24,000 nt of DNA, taken from assembly GCF_000011105.1 (NCBI RefSeq), contig NC_000961.1, forward strand, positions 582,662 to 606,661, written 5' to 3'. This DNA is from Pyrococcus horikoshii OT3 (GTDB lineage: Archaea > Methanobacteriota_B > Thermococci > Thermococcales > Thermococcaceae). The notes under the pieces were generated by a model that saw only the letters and a list, made by a program, of their open reading frames with translations, had not been told where the DNA came from and did no database searches. Shown here one piece after another: positions 15,945-24,000 of this stretch. The translations under genes and the position numbers were made by a program. Numbering within the stretch: the first letter of the stretch is position 1; every line of letters starts with the position of its first letter.

Positions 15945-16874
15945 CTACCTACCCAAGAAAAGCCTAACTATTAAATCATCCCCTTCAAGCTTTATAGAAA
16001 TCCAGAATGCGGAATATCGTGAGATGTCTGATTTGATTTTTTCATTCTTTAATATTTCGTCCGCTATGAAATTTGAATATTGCTCTACGAATGTATCGTC
16101 GTAAAATAGCTTGAAGTTCTCAAATTTAATCATCCAGACTTTTCTCTCTTTGAGCCCTTGTGGGAGCACAGTTTTAAGGTCTATCCTGGGGAACAAATTA
16201 GTTCTTCTCTGAAATTCCGATAGGAGAAGATTCTCTAACATATCTAAGGAGATGTTACCTGGGTAAAATCCAAAATTGCTCAGATCTAGATATTTACGTC
16301 CTGATACTACAACTCTTCCCTTTTTCATTTCGACCTTGTACATCTCAGCAAATAAAATTATTTTTCCCTCAAGTTTTGAGAATTGGATCAAATATGAATC
16401 CAAGTTCTTTGGTGGAAGCCTTTGATCTAAAATGAAGAGTTTTCCGGAAATGTTAACGGCCACCGCAGCGTGAAGAGTTGGATCCTCCATGAAGTGAAAT
16501 ATCATAAGATATACAGGGCTTATGTTCGATGCCAGAAGAAGTCCGGCCGTTAATACTGCATAATCTGTACAAACTCCCTCTCCAACTTTTATAAACTCTG
16601 AGGGTTTCAGTATGATATCGCTTCCCTTATTGTTATCATAACTAAGGTGGTCTTCTTCCCATTCGAGTATATTCCAGATCTTCCACTCTATCGTACCCCC
16701 AGGAATTTCCTCAGCAACTCCTTTAAGAATTTCAAAATCCTCGGGGATGTAGCATGACATAGCTTGAGTTATATTGGAGGTCCTGGGGCACGTTTCTTTA
16801 ATGCTTTCATTTAGATTTAAGCACCCAATTCCCAACATTATGACTATAAATATAATAACTGAAACTTTCTTCAC
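15945..16874 (-). CDS. Transglutaminase-like (papain-fold) domain protein, a putative lipoprotein or secreted protein.
   Basis: The N-terminal hydrophobic signal ends in LGIGC (lipobox-like). The Cys-His-Asp core is arranged as in transglutaminase-like domains: GEGVCTDYAVL ... LHAAVAV ... LFILDQ. Confidence 0.7.
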   Translation of the reverse strand: MKKVSVIIFIVIMLGIGCLNLNESIKETCPRTSNITQAMSCYIPEDFEILKGVAEEIPGGTIEWKIWNILEWEEDHLSYDNNKGSDIILKPSEFIKVGEGVCTDYAVLTAGLLLASNISPVYLMIFHFMEDPTLHAAVAVNISGKLFILDQRLPPKNLDSYLIQFSKLEGKIILFAEMYKVEMKKGRVVVSGRKYLDLSNFGFYPGNISLDMLENLLLSEFQRRTNLFPRIDLKTVLPQGLKERKVWMIKFENFKLFYDDTFVEQYSNFIADEILKNEKIKSDISRYSAFWISIKLEGDDLIVRLFLGR

Positions 16875-16876
16875 TC

Positions 16877-17476
16877 TTATTCACCCGAAGTCAATGCTGG
16901 TACAATAATTGGGACCAATAGGGAGAGCAGAAATCCGTGTATGAACGCTATAACTCCAGCCTCCTTACCTCCAAACTTCACTATTATAGGTAGTGTTGAG
17001 TCCATAGTTGTTGCGCCTCCTATTGATATTGATGGCTCTTTTCCAAAGATTTTTGCAAGCATTGGGTAGCTCAAAACGGTAAAAACCTCCCTGATAAAGT
17101 TGGTCAAGAAGCCAATTACCCCATATATTGGAGAATATTGAGCTAAAATGGCCCCAGTTAGAGAATACCATCCAACACCTGCACTTATAGCTAAGCTCCA
17201 TTTTAGGGGTATATCAATTACCAAAGATGCTAATGCTCCCCCAATTATTGAACCTATTAACGTTGAAAAAGGTAGTGCTATAGTTTTGTGAGATAGTACC
17301 TTTTTGAAATCTTTAATCTTTGTATTGAGCCCAAGATCGAGACCTATTATGAATATTAAAATGTAAAGGGATACTTCATAAGAGTTCCCAGGGTTAATTC
17401 CAAGCTTACCTAATATGAAACCTATGGAAAGGGATATCAATACTAGAATGGTGAACTTCACTTTATCCCCTCCCAT
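16877..17476 (-). CDS. LysO (YbjE/DUF340) family exporter, large C-terminal part.
   Basis: It aligns with the C-terminal two thirds of E. coli YbjE as I remember it: SAGVGWYSLTG, GGATTMDSTLPII and HGFLLSLLVPIIV. The likely real start is GTG 17461, which follows GGAGGGG and forms a GTGA overlap with the upstream ORF. Confidence 0.8.
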   Translation of the reverse strand: MGGDKVKFTILVLISLSIGFILGKLGINPGNSYEVSLYILIFIIGLDLGLNTKIKDFKKVLSHKTIALPFSTLIGSIIGGALASLVIDIPLKWSLAISAGVGWYSLTGAILAQYSPIYGVIGFLTNFIREVFTVLSYPMLAKIFGKEPSISIGGATTMDSTLPIIVKFGGKEAGVIAFIHGFLLSLLVPIIVPALTSGE

Positions 17477-17703
17477 GTAATTTTAGCAAATACTAAGCTA
17501 CCTACAATCGTGAGTGTTGCAAGTAGGATGGAGTATATCGCTACTCTACCAGTGTTTATCTTAACGTTACCAATTTTCATTCCCATTAAGAATACCAGGA
17601 TAATTATCGAAGCAGACATGAGAATTTCAGTATTCAGCCTTATCTTACCTCTGAGAAGGTATCCTACTACTATTCCAAAGGTTAGAGGAATAATAATATT
17701 CAT
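17458..17703 (-). CDS. LysO (YbjE/DUF340) family exporter, small N-terminal part.
   Basis: 81 aa with 3 TM helices (IIPLTFGIVVGYLLR...IIILVFLMGMKIG), resembling the YbjE N-terminus. It is coupled to the genes on both sides through ATGA and GTGA overlaps. Confidence 0.7.
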   Translation of the reverse strand: MNIIIPLTFGIVVGYLLRGKIRLNTEILMSASIIILVFLMGMKIGNVKINTGRVAIYSILLATLTIVGSLVFAKITWEGIK

Positions 17704-18158
17704 GACTTCTCCCTCGTTATCCTTTCTATAACTTCTAGAGCTTTGGGAATTGCTTTTCTTGCTTCTTCGCTTAACTCTAAGTTTGGTTTAATATTTTCTT
17801 CTCTTATTGTAATCCCGATGAAGTGTAGCTCTGCTCTTCTCAATCTCTCATCTAATTCTATGAGCAACCTCAGCCCTTCTATAGCTCCCATAAAATGTGC
17901 ACTTCTTATTTCGGCTTTTAACTTTTGAAATATCTCCTCCCCTTTTAAGTGAACGACTTTTCCTGACTCATCTGAAAGTATCGCATCGACTATTATTACC
18001 CTATCTTCTCCCTTATACCTTCGCTGAAGTAAAAATACATCCGTACCCAGCTCTTCTACCCTATATCCTCTTTCTTTTAGTATTTTACCTACTTTTATCC
18101 CTACACCATCATCTCCCATAACTTCGTTCCCGAGGGTTACAATCAGCACGCTCATCAA
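17700..18158 (-). CDS. [NiFe]-hydrogenase maturation endopeptidase (HycI/FrhD family, FrxA-like).
   Basis: 152 aa with the GNEVMGDDGVG motif and the conserved Asp (IIVDA) and His (SAHFMG) ligand positions of hydrogenase C-terminal processing proteases. Confidence 0.85.
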   Translation of the reverse strand: MMSVLIVTLGNEVMGDDGVGIKVGKILKERGYRVEELGTDVFLLQRRYKGEDRVIIVDAILSDESGKVVHLKGEEIFQKLKAEIRSAHFMGAIEGLRLLIELDERLRRAELHFIGITIREENIKPNLELSEEARKAIPKALEVIERITREKS

Positions 18159-18178
18159 AAATTAATAAAAAAGGAAGG

Positions 18179-18583
18179 CTATTTTAAAATTGGTCTGAAT
18201 TTGTAACCATAGAGTATTATGCCATCTTCGTTAAATTCAACTATCTTTCTCGTCACCATCTCTACTTCCATTCCTTCCTTTATTTCATCTGGCTCAACGT
18301 CAGTTAGCTGGGCTAAGACTATTGGGCCTTCTTCGAGCTGTATTAGTGCTATTGGGTAGGGTTTATAGTATTCAAATCCACTTGGTGGATTTCTAACTAT
18401 CGTCCATGTTATAACCTTCCCCTTACCGCTGAATTCGAAATCCTCAACGTTTCTGCTGCCACAAATCGGGCAGACTGGTCTCTTGGGGAAGAAAACATGT
18501 CCGTTTTCACATTTACCTCCAATTAACCTATACTTCTCCTTAAAATGTCTCCAATATCGGGAAACCTGCATTGGTTTCCCCAT
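18179..18583 (-). CDS. DUF35 protein (zinc ribbon plus OB fold), the scaffold of the archaeal thiolase/HMG-CoA synthase complex.
   Basis: 134 aa with the zinc ribbon CENGHVFFPKRPVCPICGS followed by an OB-fold region. It sits directly downstream of the thiolase, a 1-nt gap away. Confidence 0.85.
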   Translation of the reverse strand: MGKPMQVSRYWRHFKEKYRLIGGKCENGHVFFPKRPVCPICGSRNVEDFEFSGKGKVITWTIVRNPPSGFEYYKPYPIALIQLEEGPIVLAQLTDVEPDEIKEGMEVEMVTRKIVEFNEDGIILYGYKFRPILK

Positions 18584-18584
18584 T

Positions 18585-19754
18585 TCAAACCCTCCTGAAG
18601 ATTGTGACGGTTATATTTGAACCCGTTCCACCTATGTTTTGGGTTAATCCTACTTCAGCGTCAGGAACCTGAATACCATTTGGAGCTTCTCCTCTGAGCT
18701 GTAAGGTAGCTTCAACTGCTTGGTAAACTCCCGTTGCTCCAACTGGGTGTCCTCTAGCTTTTAATCCTCCCATCGTTTGTATTGGATAATCGCCATCTAT
18801 GGCTATTTGTCCCTCTTTAGCAAGCATAGCTCCCTTTCCCTTTTCGGCAACTCCAAGGGCTTCTAAGCTAAGGGCGGCCATAATTGTAAATGCATCGTGG
18901 ACTTCAAAGAAGTCTATATCCTTCGGCTCGACGTGGGCCATTTTATAGGCCTTCTCAGCTGCAATTTTTGCGGCTTTTAGCGTTAACAGATCCTCCCTGT
19001 TTGCTAGGTTTATTGTATCTATAGCCCTTCCCATTCCTGCAACTTCTACCCACTTATCCTTTGGAACTCCCAGTTCTTTCGCCTTCTCTGGAGTTGTTAT
19101 TATTACCGCCGCTGCCCCATCGCAAACTGGAGATGCATCAAATAGCTTTAGTGGATCTGCAATATAGGGGCTTTTCATGACTGTTTCAACAGTTATCGGC
19201 TTCTTAAACATTGCATATGGATTCTTAGCCCCATTAGCGTGAGCATTAACTGCAAATAGGGCTAAATCTTCCTCTGTATATCCATAAGTATTCATGTAAT
19301 ACCTCATTACTAATGCATTAAGTGCGACGAAGCTGACCCCATGGAAAAGCTCCCACTCTGCGTCACTTGCGTAAGCTAAATACCTTGTGGCATCGCTTGG
19401 CCAGGCATCGGTCATCTTCTCTACGCCGACTACTAGGACGACATCCTCTAATCCGCTTAGTACTGCTTTAACTCCCTCCTGAACCGCAGCTCCACCTGAG
19501 GCACAAGCTGCTTCAATTTTAACAGCGGGAATGTTTCCTAAACCTGCCCAGTCCGCTATGAGGGCTCCAAGATTTTCCTGCTCTATGAATGAGCCTGATG
19601 CCATGTTTCCTACATACAGAGAGTCAACTTTGTCTATTCCGGCATCATCCATGGCCTTTAAAATTGCTTCAACGGCCAGATCTCTAAGTGACGTCCTCCA
19701 GTGCTCCCCTACGGGAGTCATGCCAACGCCAACTATTATTACCTTATTATTCAT
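18585..19754 (-). CDS. Acetyl-CoA C-acetyltransferase (archaeal acetoacetyl-CoA thiolase).
   Basis: 389 aa of the thiolase superfamily, with the active-site Cys in IEAACASGG and the motifs GHPVGATG and NIGGTGS. Confidence 0.9.
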   Translation of the reverse strand: MNNKVIIVGVGMTPVGEHWRTSLRDLAVEAILKAMDDAGIDKVDSLYVGNMASGSFIEQENLGALIADWAGLGNIPAVKIEAACASGGAAVQEGVKAVLSGLEDVVLVVGVEKMTDAWPSDATRYLAYASDAEWELFHGVSFVALNALVMRYYMNTYGYTEEDLALFAVNAHANGAKNPYAMFKKPITVETVMKSPYIADPLKLFDASPVCDGAAAVIITTPEKAKELGVPKDKWVEVAGMGRAIDTINLANREDLLTLKAAKIAAEKAYKMAHVEPKDIDFFEVHDAFTIMAALSLEALGVAEKGKGAMLAKEGQIAIDGDYPIQTMGGLKARGHPVGATGVYQAVEATLQLRGEAPNGIQVPDAEVGLTQNIGGTGSNITVTIFRRV

Positions 19755-19767
19755 TTAAACCACCCCT

Positions 19768-20820
19768 TCATATGATGTATTTCCTTCTCGCCTTAGCGTA
19801 TAGGGCATAATCGATAACCTTCCTTCTCTTAATGTAATCTTCAACCTTCGGTGCAAGGTTTCTCTTCTCTTCAATAGCATCCTGGACTACTATGCTAAAC
19901 GCATCGCTTCCAGCTCCAGAACCAAAGGAAACCCAAAGGATCCTATCTCCTGGCTTTGCAATATCTAATACGGCCGAGATTCCAACCATTGTTGCTCCAC
20001 TGTAAGTATTTCCTATCCTCCCACTTAGAAGTCCAGGTAACACCTTCTCCTTTGGTATACCTAACATCCTTGCCGCAACGAGTGGGAATTTAACGTTCGG
20101 TTGGTGGAATACTGCGTAGTCAAAGTCCTCTGGAGTTAGCCCTAGCTCATCCATTAAGGTTTTTGCCGCGGTTACTACATGATGAAAGTATGCTGGTTCC
20201 CCCGTAAATCTGTTTCCATGCCTTGGATAATGCTCATGTTGTCTTCTCCAGAAGTCAGGGGTGTCGGTAACATAGGAGTAGCTACCTTCAAAGTATGCTA
20301 CTGTTTCGGAACTCTTTTCACCGATTATAAAAGCTGCTCCCCCTGCTCCTGCTGTGAATTCGAGATGATCTCCTGGTCTTCCTTGGGCCGTGTCGGCCCC
20401 TATTGCCATTGCATACTTAGCCATTCCTGAAGCTACAAACCCTATTGCTGCTTGAAGAGCTTCAGTCCCAGCTTTGCACGCGAATTCAAAGTCTGCTGCT
20501 TCTAGATCTGGTGTTGCCCCGATGGCTTCGGCGATTACCGTTGATGAGGGTTTTACAGCATAAGGCTTACTTTCACTTCCAAACCAAATGGCCCTTATAT
20601 CCTTTGGATCTATTTTAGCTCTTTTTAAAGCATTCCTTGCAGCCTCTATTCCAATTGTTATAGCATCTTCATCTAATCCTGGGACGGCTTTTTCTTCAAT
20701 TGGGAAATTTGATATTCCCCAAACCCTCCCGATCTCTTCATTTCTTATTCTGTACATTGGTACGTAAGCTCCATAACCAACTATTCCCACGTCTTTAATG
20801 GGTTTTAGAAGTTTACCCAT
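19768..20820 (-). CDS. Hydroxymethylglutaryl-CoA synthase.
   Basis: 350 aa with the catalytic Cys in [12 protein letters not shown], His in FHQPNVKFP and the NTYSGA motif. A GGTGATGAAGA RBS lies directly upstream. Confidence 0.9.
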   Translation of the reverse strand: MGKLLKPIKDVGIVGYGAYVPMYRIRNEEIGRVWGISNFPIEEKAVPGLDEDAITIGIEAARNALKRAKIDPKDIRAIWFGSESKPYAVKPSSTVIAEAIGATPDLEAADFEFACKAGTEALQAAIGFVASGMAKYAMAIGADTAQGRPGDHLEFTAGAGGAAFIIGEKSSETVAYFEGSYSYVTDTPDFWRRQHEHYPRHGNRFTGEPAYFHHVVTAAKTLMDELGLTPEDFDYAVFHQPNVKFPLVAARMLGIPKEKVLPGLLSGRIGNTYSGATMVGISAVLDIAKPGDRILWVSFGSGAGSDAFSIVVQDAIEEKRNLAPKVEDYIKRRKVIDYALYAKARRKYII

Positions 20821-20864
20821 TCTTCATCACCTTTTCTTTTCTTCACCTATTAGCCTTTCAACCC

Positions 20865-20880
20865 TTTATAAAAGACTTTC
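20865..20880 (-). promoter_or_regulatory. Candidate BRE/TATA for the HMG-CoA synthase operon.
   Basis: The minus strand reads CGAAAGTC followed by TTTTATAAA (20873-20865). Its centre is about 49 nt upstream of the ATG, which leaves a leader of about 22 nt that includes the RBS. Confidence 0.4.
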
Positions 20881-20990
20881 GGTAATAGTACAATCTAAAA
20901 TCGTTGATCGCCGAATATATGTAGGTAATGATAGCATTTGACAATTGTCGTAATGTCTTAGTACCTCCACCGAAAACTACATAAATCTAA

Positions 20991-20998
20991 CTTAAAAA
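20991..20998 (+). promoter_or_regulatory. Candidate TATA box for the oxidoreductase gamma gene.
   Basis: CTTAAAAA lies about 50 nt upstream of ATG 21046, and an AAGGGGG RBS is at 21030-21036. ACATAAAT at 20978-20985 is an alternative. Confidence 0.3.
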
Positions 20999-21045
20999 CT
21001 CTAGATTGAACTCAGATTAATTGAAAGCTTAAGGGGGCAAAAAAG

Positions 21046-21603
21046 ATGATAGAGATTCGTTTTCATGGTAGAGGTGGACAGGGTGCTGTTACCGCTGCAA
21101 ACATCCTTGCAGAAGCAGCATTCTTAGAAGGAAAGTACGTTCAAGCGTTTCCATTCTTTGGTGTTGAAAGGAGAGGTGCTCCAGTCACTGCATTTACAAG
21201 GATCGATGAGAAGCCCATAAGGATAAAGACCCAAATTTATGAACCTGACATAGTTGTAGTCTTAGACCCATCACTTCTTGAGACTGTGGATGTAACCGCT
21301 GGTCTTAAAGAGGAAGGAATCGTTATAATAAACACAGAAAAGAGCAAGGATGAAATCCTTGAAAAGCTTAAGAAGAAGCCAAAGAAGTTAGCACTCGTAG
21401 ATGCAACGACAATAGCCCTTGAAACCCTAGGGCTCCCAATTACGAATACCGCTATTCTTGGTGCAGTGGCAAAAGCCACGGGCCTGGTGAACATTGAAAG
21501 CGTCGAAAAGGCCATTAAAGACACGTTCTCTGGAGAACTTGGGGAGAAGAATGCAAAAGCTGCAAGGGAAGCCTTTGAGAAGACTGAGATATTTGAAGTT
21601 TGA
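21046..21603 (+). CDS. porG: 2-oxoacid:ferredoxin oxidoreductase gamma subunit (the gamma shared by POR and VOR in Pyrococcus).
   Basis: 185 aa beginning [22 protein letters not shown], typical of the gamma subunit. It is followed by delta, alpha and beta genes. Confidence 0.9.
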
Positions 21604-21636
21604 TTTTCTTAAACCTTTTTATATGGAGGGATACCT

Positions 21637-21954
21637 ATGAATACGCTGTTTGGAAAGGCCAAAGAAGAAGCAAAGCCAATAACTCCTAAGTCAGTTGATG
21701 AGTATCCTGAAGCTCCAGTAAGCTTGGGAATAACTTTAGTAAACTTTACTGGAGACTGGAGAACTTTTATGCCTGTTATTGATGAATCAAAGTGTGTTAA
21801 ATGCTATATTTGCTGGAAATACTGTCCAGAGCCTGCTATTTATATAAAGGAGGATGGTTTTGTTGCAATAGATTACGATTACTGTAAGGGTTGTGGTATA
21901 TGCGCAAATGAGTGTCCTACTAAGGCGATAACCATGGTTAGAGAGGAGAAGTGA
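21637..21954 (+). CDS. vorD: 2-oxoacid:ferredoxin oxidoreductase delta subunit with 2x[4Fe-4S]. Gene order suggests it is the VOR (2-ketoisovalerate) delta.
   Basis: 105 aa with two ferredoxin cluster motifs, CVKCYICWKYCP and CKGCGICANECP. The VOR assignment rests only on the gamma-VOR-POR gene order known in P. furiosus. Confidence 0.85.
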   Translation: MNTLFGKAKEEAKPITPKSVDEYPEAPVSLGITLVNFTGDWRTFMPVIDESKCVKCYICWKYCPEPAIYIKEDGFVAIDYDYCKGCGICANECPTKAITMVREEK

Positions 21955-21964
21955 GGTGAATCGT

Positions 21965-23149
21965 ATGGAGTATAATCCGATTAAAAAAGTTGTTAGTGGA
22001 AATTACGCTGCTGCATATGCAGCTTTACATGCTAGAGTTCAAGTCGTTGCCGCTTATCCAATCACGCCTCAAACGAGTATAATAGAGAAGATAGCTGAAT
22101 TCATAGCTAATGGTGAAGCTGATATTCAATATATCCCAGTAGAGAGTGAACATTCAGCAATGGCCGCCTGTATAGGAGCTTCCGCGACGGGGGCTAGAGT
22201 ATTCACGGCTACCTCGGCCCAAGGTTTAGCGCTTATGCATGAGATGCTTCACTGGGCCGCTGGTTCCAGGCTACCTATCGTGATGGTCAACGTTAATAGA
22301 GCCATGGCTCCCCCCTGGAGCGTTTGGGATGACCAGACTGATAGCCTATCACAAAGAGACACCGGCTGGATGCAATTCTATGCTGAAAACAATCAAGAGG
22401 TTTACGATGGTGTCTTGATGGCATACAAGGTTGCTGAAACCGTTAACATTCCAACAATGATCATTGAAAGTGCCTTTATCCTAAGCCACACTTACGAAGT
22501 AGTTAACATGATCCCCCAGGAGCTTGTTGACGAGTTCTTACCTCCAAGGAAGCCACTCTATACGCTAACTGACTTCGAGAATCCAATAGCTGTTGGAGCC
22601 TTGGCCACTCCTGCAGATTATTATGAGTTCAGGTATAAGATAGCAAAAGCTCATGAAGAAGCTAAAAAAGTTATTAAATCCGTGGGAAAGGAATTCGGGG
22701 AGCGCTTTGGAAGGGATTACAGCAAGATGATAGAAACGGGCTACATAGAAGATGCGGATTTCGTGTTCATGGGAATGGGTTCCCTAATGGGAACCGTGAA
22801 AGAAGCTGTTGACCTACTCAGAAAGGAAGGTTACAAGGTTGGTTATGCAAAGGTTAGGTGGTTCAGGCCATTCCCCAAGGAAGAGCTACTAGAGATCGCT
22901 GAGAGCGTTAAGGGGATAGCAGTTCTTGATAGAAACTTCTCCTTTGGACAGGAGGGGATCCTATTCACGGAAGCCAAGGGGGCATTGTACAATACGGGGG
23001 TAAGGCCGATAATGAAGGATTACATAGTTGGACTTGGAGGAAGAGACTTCACGGTTAGGGATGTTAAGGCCATAGCCGAGGATATGAAGAAGGTTGTTGA
23101 ATCTGGAAAGCTCGATAAAGAAATTGAATGGTATCACCTTAAGAGGTGA
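21965..23149 (+). CDS. vorA: 2-oxoacid:ferredoxin oxidoreductase alpha subunit (likely VOR alpha).
   Basis: It has the alpha-subunit N-terminus GNYAAAYAALHARVQVVAAYPITPQT. I prefer ATG 21965, which lies 5 nt after GAGGTGA (21953-21959), over the ORF-track GTG at 21956. Confidence 0.9.
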   Translation: MEYNPIKKVVSGNYAAAYAALHARVQVVAAYPITPQTSIIEKIAEFIANGEADIQYIPVESEHSAMAACIGASATGARVFTATSAQGLALMHEMLHWAAGSRLPIVMVNVNRAMAPPWSVWDDQTDSLSQRDTGWMQFYAENNQEVYDGVLMAYKVAETVNIPTMIIESAFILSHTYEVVNMIPQELVDEFLPPRKPLYTLTDFENPIAVGALATPADYYEFRYKIAKAHEEAKKVIKSVGKEFGERFGRDYSKMIETGYIEDADFVFMGMGSLMGTVKEAVDLLRKEGYKVGYAKVRWFRPFPKEELLEIAESVKGIAVLDRNFSFGQEGILFTEAKGALYNTGVRPIMKDYIVGLGGRDFTVRDVKAIAEDMKKVVESGKLDKEIEWYHLKR

Positions 23150-23154
23150 GAATT

Positions 23155-24000
23155 ATGGAAATTCCAGAAGAAGTTAAGAAGAGACTTACAATTCCATTTG
23201 AAGAGAATTTCTTTGCTGGACATACTGCATGTCAAGGATGCGGTGCATCTCTTGGTTTAAGGTATGTGTTAAAGGCGTATGGAAGGAAAACTATCGTTGT
23301 AATTCCTGCATGTTGTTCAACAATAATTGCCGGCCCCTGGCCATACTCGGCTTTGAACGCTAACTTATTCCACACAGCATTTGCAACAACGGGAGCAGTC
23401 ATTAGTGGAATTGAGGCAGGATTAAAAGCTTTGGGATACAAGGTTAAAGGAGAAGACGGAATAATGGTCGTTGGATGGGCTGGTGATGGAGGTACCGCAG
23501 ATATAGGATTGCAAGCTTTAAGTGGCTTCATTGAAAGAGGCCATGATGCGGTCTACATAATGTATGATAATGAGGCTTACATGAATACTGGAATTCAGAG
23601 GTCTTCATCAACACCCTACGGAGCATGGACTACTAATACCCCAGGAGGAAAGAGACATCTCCTTGAGAAGAGGCACAAGAAAAAGGTTATTGATATTGTA
23701 ATAGCCCATAGGATTCCATATGCAGCGACTGCAAGCGTTGCATATCCCGAAGACTTCATAAGGAAGTTGAAGAAGGCCCAAAAGATCCCTGGGCCGAGCT
23801 TTATTCAGCTCTTTGCTCCATGTCCCACCGGTTGGAGGGCCCCAACTGATAAGTCAATAGAGATAGCTAGGTTAGCTGTTCAAACAGCTTACTTCCCACT
23901 CTTTGAGTATGAAAACGGGAAATATAAGATAAACATGCCGAATCCAAAGAAAGAACCTAAACCAATTGAAGAGTTCCTTAAGCTCCAGGGTAGGTTTAAG
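23155..24000 (+). CDS. vorB: 2-oxoacid:ferredoxin oxidoreductase beta subunit (TPP-binding, likely VOR beta). The 3' end lies outside the window.
   Basis: I translated it by hand from ATG 23155, which follows an AGAGGTGAG RBS, and it is open to nt 24000 (282 codons). It has the Cys motifs CQGCG and IPACCS and the TPP motif GWAGDGGTADIG...YDNEAYMNTG. It is absent from the ORF track because it has no stop in the window. Confidence 0.9.
   Translation, partial: MEIPEEVKKRLTIPFEENFFAGHTACQGCGASLGLRYVLKAYGRKTIVVIPACCSTIIAGPWPYSALNANLFHTAFATTGAVISGIEAGLKALGYKVKGEDGIMVVGWAGDGGTADIGLQALSGFIERGHDAVYIMYDNEAYMNTGIQRSSSTPYGAWTTNTPGGKRHLLEKRHKKKVIDIVIAHRIPYAATASVAYPEDFIRKLKKAQKIPGPSFIQLFAPCPTGWRAPTDKSIEIARLAVQTAYFPLFEYENGKYKINMPNPKKEPKPIEEFLKLQGRFK

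Noticed and set aside
18143-18158. AUGAUGA followed by CUGA on the minus strand, resembling C and D' boxes of a C/D sRNA.
   Set aside because: The AUGAUGA is the Met-Met-Ser start of the protease gene. The spacer is only 5 nt, whereas about 12 nt is needed. No C'/D pair or terminal stem follows. Other UGAUGA-like hits (about 1183, 3924, 4459 and 13510) are also inside coding sequence and lack partner boxes.
21956-21964. The GTG start given by the ORF track for the oxidoreductase alpha subunit. The same kind of alternative start exists at 11736 for the small ORF, 12695 for GINS51, 2872 for the first platform gene and 17476 for the LysO large part.
   Set aside because: In each case a downstream in-frame start sits 4-8 nt after a GGTGA/GGAGG-type RBS, or forms a GTGA/ATGA junction, and is the more plausible initiation site. 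These are boundary refinements and not separate features.
1-24000. The whole window considered as an accessory or defence island hiding a novel multi-gene system.
   Set aside because: Almost every ORF over 100 aa is assignable to a housekeeping, central-metabolism or transport family. The tight gene order matches what I recall for Pyrococcus core chromosome. No nuclease/helicase/ATPase combinations of unknown type, repeat arrays or mobility genes are present apart from the intein.

Overview
This window looks like conserved core chromosome of a hyperthermophilic Thermococcales archaeon. From memory only, with no database search, the L-threonine dehydrogenase, aspartate racemase and PCNA sequences look like Pyrococcus horikoshii. 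The DNA is AT-rich, densely packed and almost entirely coding, and many genes overlap at start/stop codons (ATGA or GTGA).

Gene order, left to right:
- A VirB11/TadA-like (KlbA-type) ATPase, probably 5'-truncated by the window edge and interrupted by a 520-aa intein, followed by two TadB/TadC-like membrane platform genes.
- L-threonine dehydrogenase, then pheT and pheS on the minus strand.
- A GC-rich island that folds as a two-hairpin H/ACA guide sRNA.
- An overlapping minus-strand operon of a translin-family protein, endonuclease V and an HTH-fused CTP-dependent riboflavin kinase.
- A plus-strand cluster of tfs, a small ORF, PCNA and GINS51, then an MFS transporter.
- An intron-containing tRNA-Trp(CCA) whose intron is a C/D-box methylation guide.
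- A long minus-strand array: aspartate racemase, PduO-type adenosyltransferase, a transglutaminase-like lipoprotein, a split LysO-family exporter, a hydrogenase maturation protease, and the DUF35/thiolase/HMG-CoA synthase trio.
- The start of the shared-gamma 2-oxoacid:ferredoxin oxidoreductase cluster (gamma, delta, alpha, and a partial beta running off the window).

I see no CRISPR array, transposase, integrase, toxin-antitoxin pair or defence-island-like gene set. I cannot support a claim of a wholly new system here. The items most worth a second look are the Ala1 intein inside a functionally uncharacterised Tad-like pilus/secretion module, the two guide RNAs and their non-consensus boxes, the translin/EndoV/RbkR overlap operon, and a small uncharacterised ORF translationally coupled between tfs and PCNA.
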